Shown here: piece by piece, positions 8,162-19,200 of the stretch
Layout of the letters: the number at the start of each line of letters is the position of its first letter
How positions within the stretch are numbered: the first letter of the stretch is position 1
Origin: an uncultured bacterium
GTDB lineage: Bacteria; Acidobacteriota; Thermoanaerobaculia; Multivoradales; J023
DNA: 64,000 nt
Assembly (NCBI GenBank): GCA_965366625.1
Contig: CBDUGP010000024.1
Location: forward strand, 3,767-67,766
Direction: 5' to 3'
Program-made: the position numbers and the translations under genes
Notes under the pieces: model-generated
Seen by the model: only the letters and a program-made list of their open reading frames with translations
Told to the model about the DNA's origin: nothing
The model's database searches: none

Positions 8162-10510
8162 TCATGAAATCGAGACCGAGGTCGGTTCGAGGGTTTCTGT
8201 GCTCGGTTGCCGCCGACCGTCGACGGTGACCAATAAGGTCGGGAGCAGGAAGAAATCGACGAAGAGGGCGAGCGCGATGGTGATCGCCGTGAGGCGTCCC
8301 ATGCCGGCGTTCATCTCGAAGGATGAAAAGGACAACAACAGAAACCCGGCCACCAGCACCCATGAGGTGGTCCACAGGGCACCGCCCACGGAGCGGAAGG
8401 CGAAGCGCACGGCGCCTTCGGCGTCGAACCCGAGCTCTTCTCGGCCCCGTTGGTATTTGGATAGGAAGTGCACCGTGTCGTCGACCACGATGCCGAGGGT
8501 CATCGCCACCACCATGGACAGAGCCAAATTGACTTGGCCGACCGTCAGCGCCCAAATGCCGAACGCCATGCCCGCCGGAACCAGATTCGGGATCAAGCTG
8601 AGCAGGCCGTAACGCCAGCTTCGCAGCGCCACCACCAACAGGGCAGAAATCAATAGGAGGGCCGAGAAAGTGCCCGTCAGCATGCGTTCGCCGTTGCGTT
8701 GGGCGAGGTGGGAGAACATCAGGGCCGGGCCGACGCCGTGGGCGAACATCGATTCCGGGGCGTTCTGCCGCAGCCAGTTCTCGCCCCTCTCGGTGGCGGC
8801 GATCAGATCCTTGGCGGACAGCCCTTCCAAGGTGACCGTAAAGCGCGTGGCGGCCTTGTCCACATCGAGCTCATCGTTGAGATCGAGGCCGTAGGGCAGG
8901 GAGAGTTCATAGAGCAGCAGATATTGAGCCGCCAACTCACGGCTTTCCGGCAGTCGGTACCATCCGGCTTCGTCGCCGTGCATGCTGCGATTGACCCTGC
9001 GCATGGTGTCCGCCAGGGTGCGAACATGGATGACTCCTGGCTGAGCACGCCACCATTCGGCAAAACGGTCCAGGGTTTCCAAATAGACGGGCTCCGCGAT
9101 GCCTCCGCCCTCGCCGGCTCCGAGGGAGAAATCCAATTGATAGATGCCGGTGAGATGCTCGACGGCATAGTCGGTGTCGGCGCGGAAATCGATCGACGGG
9201 GCGAAATATTCGATGAATTCGTCGTTCAGCTCGTTGCGCGGCACCGCCGAGGTGAGCGCCAGGGCCAACAGTCCAACGCCCACCAGAATCGGCAGCCGAC
9301 GAGCCAGCACCCACCGTGCGAACAAATCCCAGCGCTCCGTCTGGGTGCGCCGGCCACGGGCCCGAAACGGCATTAGCGAAGTGAAAGCCGGCAGGAAGGT
9401 AATCGAGAAGAGGAAGGCCGCCATGACGCCAAAAGCGGTCAAGTTGCCCAGGTCGTGGAAAGGCGGCGAGTCGCTGAAGTTCATCGACAGGAAGCCGATC
9501 GCCGTCGAAGCGCTGGTGAGGAAAACCGGCCAGAGATTGCTGCGCAGGGATTCGGTCCATGCCGCGAGCTTGTTGTCGCCGGCGGCCCGGCGGGCCAGGA
9601 AGCTTTTTAGTAAATGCACGCAATCGGCGACCGCCAGGGTCAGAATCAAGGTCGGCGCAATCGACGACGGAGGGGTGAGCATCAGCCCCGACCAACCGGC
9701 GGCACCCATGGCGGCCAAGGTCGATAGACCGACCACCGTCAACGTGGCAAAGGTCGCGGCGGCGGAGCGGAAGAGGATCACCAGGAAGATTAGGATGATG
9801 CCGTACATGGCCGGAATCAGGGTGGCCATGTCGTGCAGGGAAGACTCTTTGAAGGCGTTGTTGAGCATGGCAAAGCCGGTGAGGCGAATCTCCAAGCCGG
9901 GATGCTCGGCCTCCAGAGTCGCCGCCAGCTGCCGAGCTTTGGCCACGGACTCGGCGGTTTCTTCGCTGGATTCGCCGGCAAGCTGGAGGGTGACGTTGAC
10001 CCCGGCGACATGTGCGCTTTCGCTCAAGACCCGATTGCGGATCAGGGGCTCAGCCAAGGCGATCTCGCGTTTTTGGGCCAGCTCTTCAGGGCTCAGGCTT
10101 TGTGCCCCTTCCACTAGGTCCTCAACGATCAGATCGTCGCCTTCGGCCCGGGTGTGTTGAAAATTGGTGACCGAATCCACCCTGCGCGCAAAAGGTAGCT
10201 GCCACGACTCGTGGGTCAGCTGCTCAATGGCCGAGAGGGTTCCCGCAGTAAAGACCTCGCCGTCGCTGGGAGTGACCACAAAGAGGATGTTGTCGTTCTT
10301 GGTGTAAACGTTCTGAACCTCCTCGAACGCCTGGAGCTGAGGATTGTCCGGGCCGAAGAAGGTGCGGTAATCGTCGTTGAAACCTAGGTTCGGGGCTCCA
10401 AAGGCAAGGCCCAACACCACGGCGAGGGTGGCGACAATGACCCACCCTCGAAAACGCAGCAGGGTTTCGGTGTAGGTGGTGATGGCGGATCTGGGGGTAT
10501 CTGCGGTCAT
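8162..10510 (-). CDS. RND-superfamily exporter (MMPL/HpnN-like, 12 TM with two periplasmic loops)
   Basis: About 780 aa with two hydrophobic TM bundles and large soluble loops. The longest ORF extends to 10582, but the likely start is the 'MTADTPRS' Met at 10510. Confidence 0.75.
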   Translation of the reverse strand: MTADTPRSAITTYTETLLRFRGWVIVATLAVVLGLAFGAPNLGFNDDYRTFFGPDNPQLQAFEEVQNVYTKNDNILFVVTPSDGEVFTAGTLSAIEQLTHESWQLPFARRVDSVTNFQHTRAEGDDLIVEDLVEGAQSLSPEELAQKREIALAEPLIRNRVLSESAHVAGVNVTLQLAGESSEETAESVAKARQLAATLEAEHPGLEIRLTGFAMLNNAFKESSLHDMATLIPAMYGIILIFLVILFRSAAATFATLTVVGLSTLAAMGAAGWSGLMLTPPSSIAPTLILTLAVADCVHLLKSFLARRAAGDNKLAAWTESLRSNLWPVFLTSASTAIGFLSMNFSDSPPFHDLGNLTAFGVMAAFLFSITFLPAFTSLMPFRARGRRTQTERWDLFARWVLARRLPILVGVGLLALALTSAVPRNELNDEFIEYFAPSIDFRADTDYAVEHLTGIYQLDFSLGAGEGGGIAEPVYLETLDRFAEWWRAQPGVIHVRTLADTMRRVNRSMHGDEAGWYRLPESRELAAQYLLLYELSLPYGLDLNDELDVDKAATRFTVTLEGLSAKDLIAATERGENWLRQNAPESMFAHGVGPALMFSHLAQRNGERMLTGTFSALLLISALLVVALRSWRYGLLSLIPNLVPAGMAFGIWALTVGQVNLALSMVVAMTLGIVVDDTVHFLSKYQRGREELGFDAEGAVRFAFRSVGGALWTTSWVLVAGFLLLSFSSFEMNAGMGRLTAITIALALFVDFFLLPTLLVTVDGRRQPSTETLEPTSVSIS

Positions 10511-10670
10511 CTCGCACTTCTTTCTAGACCAATCGGTCCAAAAATAGAGTAATTTCGCCTCGGCTTCAGCATTCCAAGACATTCCGGTTCAGCCTCCTAG
10601 GCTTCTACGGAGCGAATCGCGGTGGGTTTCAATTTTTGGAACGATCGGTACAGAAAAAGCAAAAAGCGAT

Positions 10671-11270
10671 CTAAAGCTCAGAGTTCGGAGACGCGGAAAG
10701 CACCTTGAGCAGCGTGCCCAGCACATCGTTGATCATCTCTTCCGTCAAACCCAAGCGGCTGCGGGCAGCCAAACCGTTGGCCGTGTTGAGGATCAATCTG
10801 GCGAAGGCTCGGGGCTGTGCGGACTCGTTCAGCTCGCCGGCATCTCGAGCGCGTTCGAGCAGGTCTCGGAAGAGAGTTTCCAGCCGATTTTGGCTGTTCT
10901 CGATGATCCGCGCAGCGGCGTCATCCACGGCGCCGATCTCGGTCGAGCCGTTGACCATCATGCACCCACAGCTGCTGTTGAGACCTTCTTCTCGCCACAT
11001 GCCAAAGAATTCTTGCAGGTTGCCGAGGGGCGAGCCGTCGGCCTCCAACACCTCACGGGCATGGCTCAAGCGGCGCTCGGTATAACAGCGCAACGCTTCT
11101 AAATAGAGGGTGTGTTTGTCACCAAAGGTGTTGTAGAGGCTTTGACGTCCAATGCCCATGTGCTCGGTGAGCTCACCGATTCCGGTCGCGGAATAACCAC
11201 GTTGCCAAAAGAGGTCGAGCGCTTGCTCCAGGACTTCGTCTCGGTCGAATGTTTTAGGGCGTCCGCGCAT
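10671..11270 (-). CDS. TetR/AcrR family transcriptional regulator
   Basis: N-terminal HTH 'GYSATGIGELTEHMGIGRQSLYNTFGDK'. 199 aa. Sits immediately upstream of the RND cluster on the same strand. Confidence 0.85.
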   Translation of the reverse strand: MRGRPKTFDRDEVLEQALDLFWQRGYSATGIGELTEHMGIGRQSLYNTFGDKHTLYLEALRCYTERRLSHAREVLEADGSPLGNLQEFFGMWREEGLNSSCGCMMVNGSTEIGAVDDAAARIIENSQNRLETLFRDLLERARDAGELNESAQPRAFARLILNTANGLAARSRLGLTEEMINDVLGTLLKVLSASPNSEL

Positions 11271-11384
11271 GATGGGTTGGGCTCCGGTGAATGAGGTGGG
11301 GGCGCCTCAGGTAAATTGTAGATCGTTCGGTCCATAAGTGCAAACGCTCGGTCCGAGGGGGAAGCCTGACGGCCGCCAATTGCA

Positions 11385-11413
11385 TTGACGCTGACTCTGG
11401 TGCTTGGTATCTT
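11385..11413 (+). promoter_or_regulatory. Candidate sigma70 promoter for the TonB-dependent receptor
   Basis: TTGACG, 17-nt spacer, then TATCTT, about 160 nt upstream of the ATG at 11576. Confidence 0.35.
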
Positions 11414-11575
11414 GATCGCTACACGTTTAGAAAAAAGTGCGGATTAAACGACGGCGAAGAATTCGCCGCTGAGTTTCGCCGATAGGGGAGACCGAACGAG
11501 ATTGTCTCGGGAGGCTTGCCCAGCGTGGCGCCGAGCTGAAATGAGGGCTAGGCGTAGAACTTTGAGGAGATCGAG

Positions 11576-14152
11576 ATGAGTTGGAGCAGTCTTAGAGATG
11601 CATTGTTGATGGCAGGGCTGATTGTCCCGCTATTCATCGGCTTACCCCAAGAGGTCTACGCACAAGACGATGGGGCCGAGCAGGAAGCCGCCGACGAGAA
11701 GGAAGACGAAGAAGCAGACAAGACCTTCTCTGAAGAGATCGTCGTCACCGGTAGTCGCGCGCAGCCTCGCTCTGCCGTCGAGTCCATGGTGCCGATCGAT
11801 GTGATCTCTTCGGACGATTTTGCCAACCAGGGTGATACCGACCTCAGCAATCAATTGCGTACCCTGGTCCCTTCCTACAACGTCAACACCCAGCCGATCA
11901 GTGACGCCGCCACGGTCGTGCGTCCTGCCAATCTGCGAAATTTGGCCCCCGATCACACCTTGGTGTTGATCAACGGCAAACGCCGCCATCGCGCCGCGGT
12001 CATCTACTGGCTCGGCAACGGTGTTGCCGACGGCGCCCAAGGTCCCGACATCTCCGCAATTCCGTCGATCGCCTTGCGCCAAGTGGAAGTCTTGCGTGAC
12101 GGTGCTTCGGCCCAATACGGTTCCGACGCCATCGCCGGCGTGATGAACTTCATGCTCAAAGACGCCCGCGAGGGTGGCAGCATCGAAGTGCGGACCGGTG
12201 GTTACTCCGAAGGCGACGGTGACACCCTCACCTTTGCCGGCAACGTGGGTTTGCCCCTTGGTGAGAACGGTTTCGCCAACCTGAGCGTTGAATTCGGCTC
12301 GTCCGACGCGACCAATCGCAGCGTGCAGCGTGACGACGCGGCCGGCCTGATCGCCGCCGGCAACACCAACGTGGCCAATCCGGCCCAGATCTGGGGTTCC
12401 CCCGAGGTCGAAGACGACCTCAAATTTTGGGGCAACTTTGGGCATCTGACCGAGAGCGGGAAGCAGCTCTACGCCCATACCAACTACCAATCGAAAAAGG
12501 TGACCGGCGGTTTCTACTTCCGTAATCCCAACAACCGTGGCGCCGTGTACAGCGGTGACGGCGGTTCGACCCTGTTGATCGGTGACTTGCTCGACGCCCA
12601 GGACGGTATCCTCGACGGATCCGCCGGCTGCCCGACGGTCAACATCGTCAACAACGTGCCCGATCCGGCGGCCCTTGCCGAAGTGTTCGCCAATCCGAAT
12701 TGCTTCTCCTTCCAAGAGCTCTTCCCGGGTGGTTTCACGCCGCAATTCGGCGGCGAGCTGACCGACACCTCGGTGGTGGCAGGTATCCGGGGTTCCTGGG
12801 AGAACGGCATGGCTTGGGACCTGAGCTTGAGCCACGGCCAGAACGAGGTGGATTTCTTCATCTCCAACACGGTGAACGCCTCCCTCGGCCCTGACACTCC
12901 GACCTCTTTCGATCCCGGTCTCTACAAGCAGACCGAACTCAACTTAAACTTCGACGTCTCTTACGCCGTCAACGACATGGCCAACATTGCGGCCGGTGTC
13001 GAGTGGCGTGACGAGGAATTCGAAATCGGTATCGGTCAGCTCGAGTCGTATCAAATCGGCCCGCTGGCGACCCAAGGTTTCAGCGCCGCTTCGAACGGTT
13101 TCCCGGGTTTTGGTGACATTGCCGCCGGCTCCTGGAGTCGGAGCAACTTCGCTTTATACGGTGATCTCGAGTTGGCGAAAGACGACAAATGGTCCATCGG
13201 CGTTGCGGTTCGTTTCGAGGACTTTGAGGACTTCGGTACGACCATGAACAGCAAGTTGGCCGGCCGTTATGCGGTCAACGAAGACTTTGCGATTCGTGCC
13301 AGCCTCAGCAGCGGTTTCCGCGCGCCGACGCCGGGTCAGTCCAACGCGTTCAACGTGTCGACCGAGTTTGACTTGGTGCTCATGGACTTGGTCAATAACG
13401 GTACGATTCCGCCGAGTTCGCGCGTCGCCCAATTGCGTGGTGGCGAGCCGCTCGAAGCCGAGACCTCCGTCAACTACGCCTTGGGCGCGGTTTATAACCG
13501 GGGTCCGTTCAACTTCACCGCGGATCTTTTCCGCATCGAGCTTTCTGATCGCTTGGCGGTCACCCAGCTCTTCTCCTTGACCCAGGACGAGGTTGATCAG
13601 CTGATCTCCGAAGGTGTGACGAGTGCCGGAAATCTGCAGAATTTCCGCTTCTTCACCAACGATTTCGATACCGAGACCACCGGTCTCGACATCGTGTCGA
13701 CCTACACGCCGTACGCCATGGACGGCCGGACGGTCTTCAGCTTCATCTTCAACTACACCGAGACCGACGTCACCAAATTCAATCCCGACACCCTCGACCA
13801 AACTCGTATTCGCGAGCTGCAAGAGGCCTTGCCGGAGATTCGTTGGAACGTCGCGGTCAACCACGCGGTGGGTGATTGGCGTCTGCTGTTCCGTGTCAGC
13901 TACTACGACGATTGGTTCGACTCCGAGGACGGCAACGTCTACGGCGGCAAGTATCTGGCCGATCTCGAAGCGGCTTACACCTGGAATGGTCACACCACGT
14001 TCGTGCTCGGCGGTCAGAACATCTTTGACGAGACCCCCGACGAGAATCCCGGTGCCCGGGCCGGTGTGGGCAACCTCTACAGCCAATTCTCCCCGTTCGG
14101 CTTCAACGGTGCGTTCTATTACGCCCGCGTGAAGTTCAAGTGGGGCAGCTGA
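11576..14152 (+). CDS. TonB-dependent outer-membrane receptor
   Basis: Signal peptide and an 'EEIVVTGSR' TonB-box/plug region. About 850 aa of beta-barrel composition rich in Gly, aromatic and Asn residues. Confidence 0.8.
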   Translation: MSWSSLRDALLMAGLIVPLFIGLPQEVYAQDDGAEQEAADEKEDEEADKTFSEEIVVTGSRAQPRSAVESMVPIDVISSDDFANQGDTDLSNQLRTLVPSYNVNTQPISDAATVVRPANLRNLAPDHTLVLINGKRRHRAAVIYWLGNGVADGAQGPDISAIPSIALRQVEVLRDGASAQYGSDAIAGVMNFMLKDAREGGSIEVRTGGYSEGDGDTLTFAGNVGLPLGENGFANLSVEFGSSDATNRSVQRDDAAGLIAAGNTNVANPAQIWGSPEVEDDLKFWGNFGHLTESGKQLYAHTNYQSKKVTGGFYFRNPNNRGAVYSGDGGSTLLIGDLLDAQDGILDGSAGCPTVNIVNNVPDPAALAEVFANPNCFSFQELFPGGFTPQFGGELTDTSVVAGIRGSWENGMAWDLSLSHGQNEVDFFISNTVNASLGPDTPTSFDPGLYKQTELNLNFDVSYAVNDMANIAAGVEWRDEEFEIGIGQLESYQIGPLATQGFSAASNGFPGFGDIAAGSWSRSNFALYGDLELAKDDKWSIGVAVRFEDFEDFGTTMNSKLAGRYAVNEDFAIRASLSSGFRAPTPGQSNAFNVSTEFDLVLMDLVNNGTIPPSSRVAQLRGGEPLEAETSVNYALGAVYNRGPFNFTADLFRIELSDRLAVTQLFSLTQDEVDQLISEGVTSAGNLQNFRFFTNDFDTETTGLDIVSTYTPYAMDGRTVFSFIFNYTETDVTKFNPDTLDQTRIRELQEALPEIRWNVAVNHAVGDWRLLFRVSYYDDWFDSEDGNVYGGKYLADLEAAYTWNGHTTFVLGGQNIFDETPDENPGARAGVGNLYSQFSPFGFNGAFYYARVKFKWGS

Positions 14153-14212
14153 TCTAGGGATCCAGCAGCTCGGCTCCGCACGATTGGGCAAAACCTGATC
14201 GGAGCCTACAAA

Positions 14213-14241
14213 AAGGCCACTCTCCGGAGTGGCCTTTTTGT
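14213..14241 (+). terminator. Rho-independent terminator
   Basis: 'aaaaaggccactctccggagtggcctttttgtt' shows a perfect stem flanked by A and T runs, so it could act bidirectionally. Confidence 0.7.
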
Positions 14242-14443
14242 TAGGTGGGCTAGAAAGGGGTTTCGAGCCGGGTTAGGCGTCCGTGAACCAGCCGGGGTAG
14301 CTGGGGGCAACCCCGGTCTGTGGTCAGCAATCCCTTCGGGATAGCAGAAGAGTCCTCCGTTACGCCGAAGGCGTTGTTAACCCCGGCCCAGGGTAACGCA
14401 GCTACCCTGGGTTAGTTGGATGGGATTTATCCAGGAAATTAGA

Positions 14444-14478
14444 CATTGGGGAGGGATGTCGGGACATCCCTCCCCAAT
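14444..14478 (-). terminator. Perfect palindromic hairpin just past the stop of giant gene A
   Basis: 'ttggggagggatgtcgggacatccctccccaa' lies 12 nt past the stop codon. Confidence 0.45.
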
Positions 14479-14487
14479 GGAAACGAC

Positions 14488-16230
14488 GCCTTATTGAGCG
14501 TTCACCACATGGATGTCCGCTTTGAGGTTGCCGCAGGTATCCAACGCCCGTGCTTTGACCTCGTGGTCGCCCGGGGAGGGGTTCCACATCAGGTCGTAGG
14601 GCGCGGTGTGGTCGGCTCCGATCAAGCTGCCGTCGACGAAGAACTGCACCTTTTCGATGCCGCTATCGTCGGACGCTTGGGCCGAGAGGCTGACGGGGGT
14701 GCCGGCGTTGAGGGTCGAGCCCGCGGCCGGGGTCACCAGGTTGATCCACGGCTTGGTGCTGTCGGCGTCGCAGCCGGCGGGATCACCGACGGTGACGGTG
14801 ATCTCCTGGGCCTTGAGGTTGCCGCACAGATCCGTGGCTCGCGCCTTGATCGTGTGGCTGCCCGGGGGCGCCGTCCAGGTGGTGGCATAGGGCGCGTCGA
14901 AGTCGGCTCCGATCAAGGCACCGTCGACGAAGAATTGCACTCTCTCCACACCGTTGGTGTCCGAGGCGTTGGCGGTCAGCCCGATCTGTCCCGGCGTCAG
15001 GCTTGCGCCGTTGGCTGGAGAGGTGACGGACACGGTCGGCAACACGTTGTCGGAATCGCAGGCGTTCGCCTGGCCGACGGTGATCGCAATCTCCGACGCC
15101 GCCATCCGTCCGCAGGTATCGATCGCCCGAGCCTTGAGGGTGTAGGCCCCCGGAGCCGCCTGCCAAGGCAAGCCATAGGGTGAACCGGTATCCGCGGCGA
15201 TCAACGTGCCGTCGACGAAGAATTGCACTTTCTCGATGCCGCTGGCGTCGGCCGCCGAGGCTTCGAGGTCGAGGGTGCCCGGGCTCACCAGATCTCCCTG
15301 CAAGGGCGAGACCCAGCCGATCGAAGGATCGGTGGAATCCACATCACAGCCGGACGGGTCGCCGACGGTGACGGTGATTTCCTGGGCCCTCATGTTGCCG
15401 CAGTGATCAATGCCTCGGGCCTTGATCGTGTGCACTCCGGGTCCCGGATTCCAGCTGCCTTGGTAAGGCGCCCACATATCCGCCGACAGCAGGTTGTCGT
15501 CGACGAAGAATTGCACCTTCTCGACGCCGCTGGTGTCGACGGCGGTCGCCGCCAAACTAACGGTTTGACCCGCGTTGAGCTGCCCGCCGTCGATCGGCGA
15601 GCTGATCTGCACCACCGGTCCCACGGAATCCGTGGAGCAATCCGCCGGGGCCTCGGTCACGGTGACCGTGTGGGCGGAGGAGGTGGCGGCCAAATTACAA
15701 CCGTCTACGGCCCTGGCGGTCACGCTGAAGGCCCCGGGCGTGGCGGCCCAGTCGAATTCGTACGGTGCTACGGAGTCGGTGCCGACCACGGTGCCACCCA
15801 CTTTGAATTCCACCGAGGCAATGCCGTTGGCATCACTGGCCGAGGCTTCCAAAGTCACGACCCCCTCGGTCAAGCTCGCCCCATGGGCCGGGCTGTCCAG
15901 GGTCACCACCGGGTAGGTGGAGTCGTTGGTGCAGTCTGCTTGCACCGTCAGCTGGTAGTTGAGGGTCCTGAAGTTGCCGCAGGAATCCCAGGCTCGGACC
16001 ATGATGTCGTGGACGCCGGGTGTGGCATTCCATGACCGGATCCAAGGCTCGGAGTGGAAGGTATCGGCCTCGCCGTCGATCCAGATTTTGACCCGATCCA
16101 CCAGATTCTCGTCGTCGGCGAAGGCCTGGATCGACACTGGTCCCGGAGGCAAAATCGAACCTGCCGAAGGCAAGACGCTCAGCCCGGGCCCTGCCGAGTC
16201 GGAGGCGCAGGGCCCTGCTCCGGCCGTGGT
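14488..16230. repeat. 1743-bp segment 100% identical to 20278..22020 (3' ends of the tandem paralogs)
   Basis: Direct comparison of the two loci. Identity begins about 3 nt past the stop codon. The first mismatch is at 16231 (22021 in the other copy). Confidence 0.9.
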
Positions 16231-19200
16231 TTCAAAGGTCAAGACCTCCATGGTCGGTGTTTGGATGCCCTGGGCGTCGTCGAGGGCCAGAATCAGCAGC
16301 TGGTGAGTGCCGTCCGGATAGTCGCTGACGTCGATGGTGGTGTTGATGGATCCCGTGGCTCCGCTCTCCGGGGTCTGGATTCCCTTGACCAACTGGTCGT
16401 CGATCCAGATCAAGAAACCGTCGACACCGTCTTCGTTGTCACGGGCGGTGAGATCGAGGGTCAGCAGTTCCAAACCGTTGGCCTGGGTCGTCTTGTAGGT
16501 CGATCCGAGGATCGTGGGGCCAGCGGTAGACCCGAATTCGCAATTCCACTTGCAGGTCGGTTGGTTCAGGGTGCAATCCTCGTAAAGGAAATTGCCTTGG
16601 GCATCGTAGACGTCTGTGCATTCCCAGGTCGGCTCCATATTCTGCGGGCATTCGTAGTTGCAATTCGAAGCGGGAACTCCCACGTCGAATGGCCACAGAT
16701 CCGTGGGCGGAGGGGTAACCTCTTGGATCAACTCGCGCAGCTCGCTGTCCTCCCACGAAGGGGGAGTCGGGTCGTCACAGGTTGTGCCCGATGGGCATTC
16801 GCAGTCCACGGTCACCGCTTTGAAGAAACCGTTGCCGGTATTGGCTTCGCCCACCACACCACTATTCTGGGGCGTCAAGGTGCAAACCTTGGCCTCGTTG
16901 CTTTGGTTGCGAATCTCCACCGAAAAGCCCGTGCCCACATGGGCGGACATATTCAGCGGAAAGAAACCGTTGCTGCCGATCAGTTTGCCGGAGGATTGTC
17001 CATCGTCGGCGTCGATGGTGATGGTCACGTATTCGGCGTAGTCGATGCCCGAGGCCGTGCCGCCCAAAGGCACGGGGTCGCACTCCAGACCGCCGTTGGT
17101 GCCGGTGCAAGCGGAGTTGCATTGAATAGATAGTGATAAATCCTGACTGCGGATCGTCGAAGATGCCGTGCCGCAGGCGGAGTTCGACGGATCGAAGGTG
17201 ACTTCGATCCCATCGGGCACTTTTTCGTTGAAAGTAACCTCGATATCGTCTTGTGGCGTGCCGAATTGGGTCACGGTCTTAGACGCTTGGTGTTGTTGTC
17301 CGTCGTCGATGTAGCTCCGTGTCACGGTCGTCGACGCACCGTTGGCCAGACCCTTGACCGTGACATCGGCATTGAAGAGTTTCTTGCAAGCAGGGCATTG
17401 GGCGTTGACTGCCAGCTTGAGCGGGGTCACCGAGGAAGTCGAGGTGAAACTAATTTGCCCCTCGGCGAGCAAACCGGGGATATTGCTTCCGATCGACACC
17501 CCGACGGTGACATCGCCGCAATAGCAGTAAATGCCGAAATCGTTACATTCCACGATCGCTGAGCCCAACGCGGCCTTGCCCCAAACCGCGCTGCCGTCGT
17601 TGGCGGTTTGGATCGAGGAGTCGGAGGCTACGACCAACGGCATGCCGTGGCAGCCGGGAGCGTGGTAGGTGGGGGAGGTCTCGTGACGATTCAAACTCCG
17701 CACCTGCGTCACGGCCACGTTGTCGCAATTCTCGTAGCACTGGCAAGTGAGGTCGACGGCTCCTTCGAAATAGTGATTGCCTTGGGTGTGTCCCTGGGCG
17801 TCGGTTTTTCGAATGACGTCATCCAGGGTTTCACCCGTGGTTTGATAGTCGATCTTCAAGCTCCGGCCGTCATACGGATAGTGGTTGGTGAAGGGATCTG
17901 CCTTGCATTGCTGACTCCCGGATTTCGAGTAGCTGGGTCGATAGTCTTCCAGGCCCGGGCCCGATTGGGCTGCGGCTGCCACGTCCAGGGCTTCTAGGCG
18001 TTGGTCGATGTTTTCCACGCCGACCAGCACGGGGTCGAGGATCAGATACTCGAGCTCGGCGGTGCTTGAGTTACGCAGCCACAAAGCCATCGCTCGATAG
18101 GTGCTGGAGTTGGATCCCAATTGGGCGGTTATTTCATAAGACGAAACGGCTTCCACCTCGAACGACCCGCCGTTGTTTTGAGAGTAGGCGCTCGCCACCA
18201 GGGCTGCGAGCTGGTCTACGTTGTTCGGTGCTTGATTGCGCCGCTCCTGCCAATCCTGGGTCTCTTCCGCAGTGTAGCTGCGCCAAACGCTGCGAATGGC
18301 AGTCTCGTCACCCGCGGGCCCGGAGTCGGTCACGGTTTGTAGACCGAATTGGCCGTTCGGGTCGAAAGCGTGTAGATCGACGGTATTCAGGCTCGCCAGC
18401 TCATCGGCGGCATAGTGGTCGAAGCTTTGGAATTCGACCTGCATCTCACCAAAGCTTTGATCTTGTGCTTCAACATAGACGGCGTAGTGCTGCTTCAAGA
18501 CATCCAAATGGTTTTGGCTCTGACCGAAAGCCAGCTGATCCCACCAAACGCTACGCCCGTTTTCGTCCACGTCTAAGCGAACGGAAGCGAAGGAAGCGGT
18601 CTCTGGGCAGGTGTGCTGGAGTTCCAGCTCCTGCCATTCGGTGTCCACGGTGGCTGAAAGAAGACCTGTGGACACGCCGAAGCCATAAGCCGAATCTAGG
18701 CAGATGATGCGCATTTGGACTGGCGTACCGGCAGCGTCGGCTTTGACCCAAGAGGAGAATCGGAGTGGGGTCTCGCCGTTCAGGGCGAGCAGGGCCGGTT
18801 CGGAAGAGCCTTGGTACGGAGTGGTAAAACCGTCGTGGTTTTGGGTGGCGGTCAACCGCAGGGAGAAGTCACCGGTCAGAGATTCGACCGTGTCGATCGC
18901 AACCGTGCCTTGGTGGGCGCTGAGGAAGGGCCTTTGCAAAACCCCCGATTCAAAGTCGGGATCTGGAATCCGATTGACGAAACCGCTCTTGTCCGTGAGC
19001 CGGACCTCGTCCCACCAGGTGGTGGCTCCCACGCCGTCGGTATCGAGACGGATCGAGGCGAATTTCGCCGCCGGATCGCAGCTGTGCTCCACCGCAATCC
19101 GTTGCCAATCAGTGCCCAGGGTGGCGGTTTGAGTGCCGACCGGGAACGCGGTGTATTCGTAGGTCTCGTCGAGGCAAAAGATTCGCAGCTGTGCCTGGGT

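Noticed and set aside
8162-10582. An extra 24 N-terminal residues on the RND protein ('MSWNAEAEAKLLYFWTDWSRKKCE')
   Set aside because: It is more likely upstream read-through. 'MTADTPRS...' followed by a TM helix is the typical start, so the start was set at 10510.
11420-11575. Possible riboswitch in the 5' UTR of the TonB-dependent receptor
   Set aside because: No recognisable cobalamin, TPP or other riboswitch consensus was seen by eye. It is left as a plain leader.
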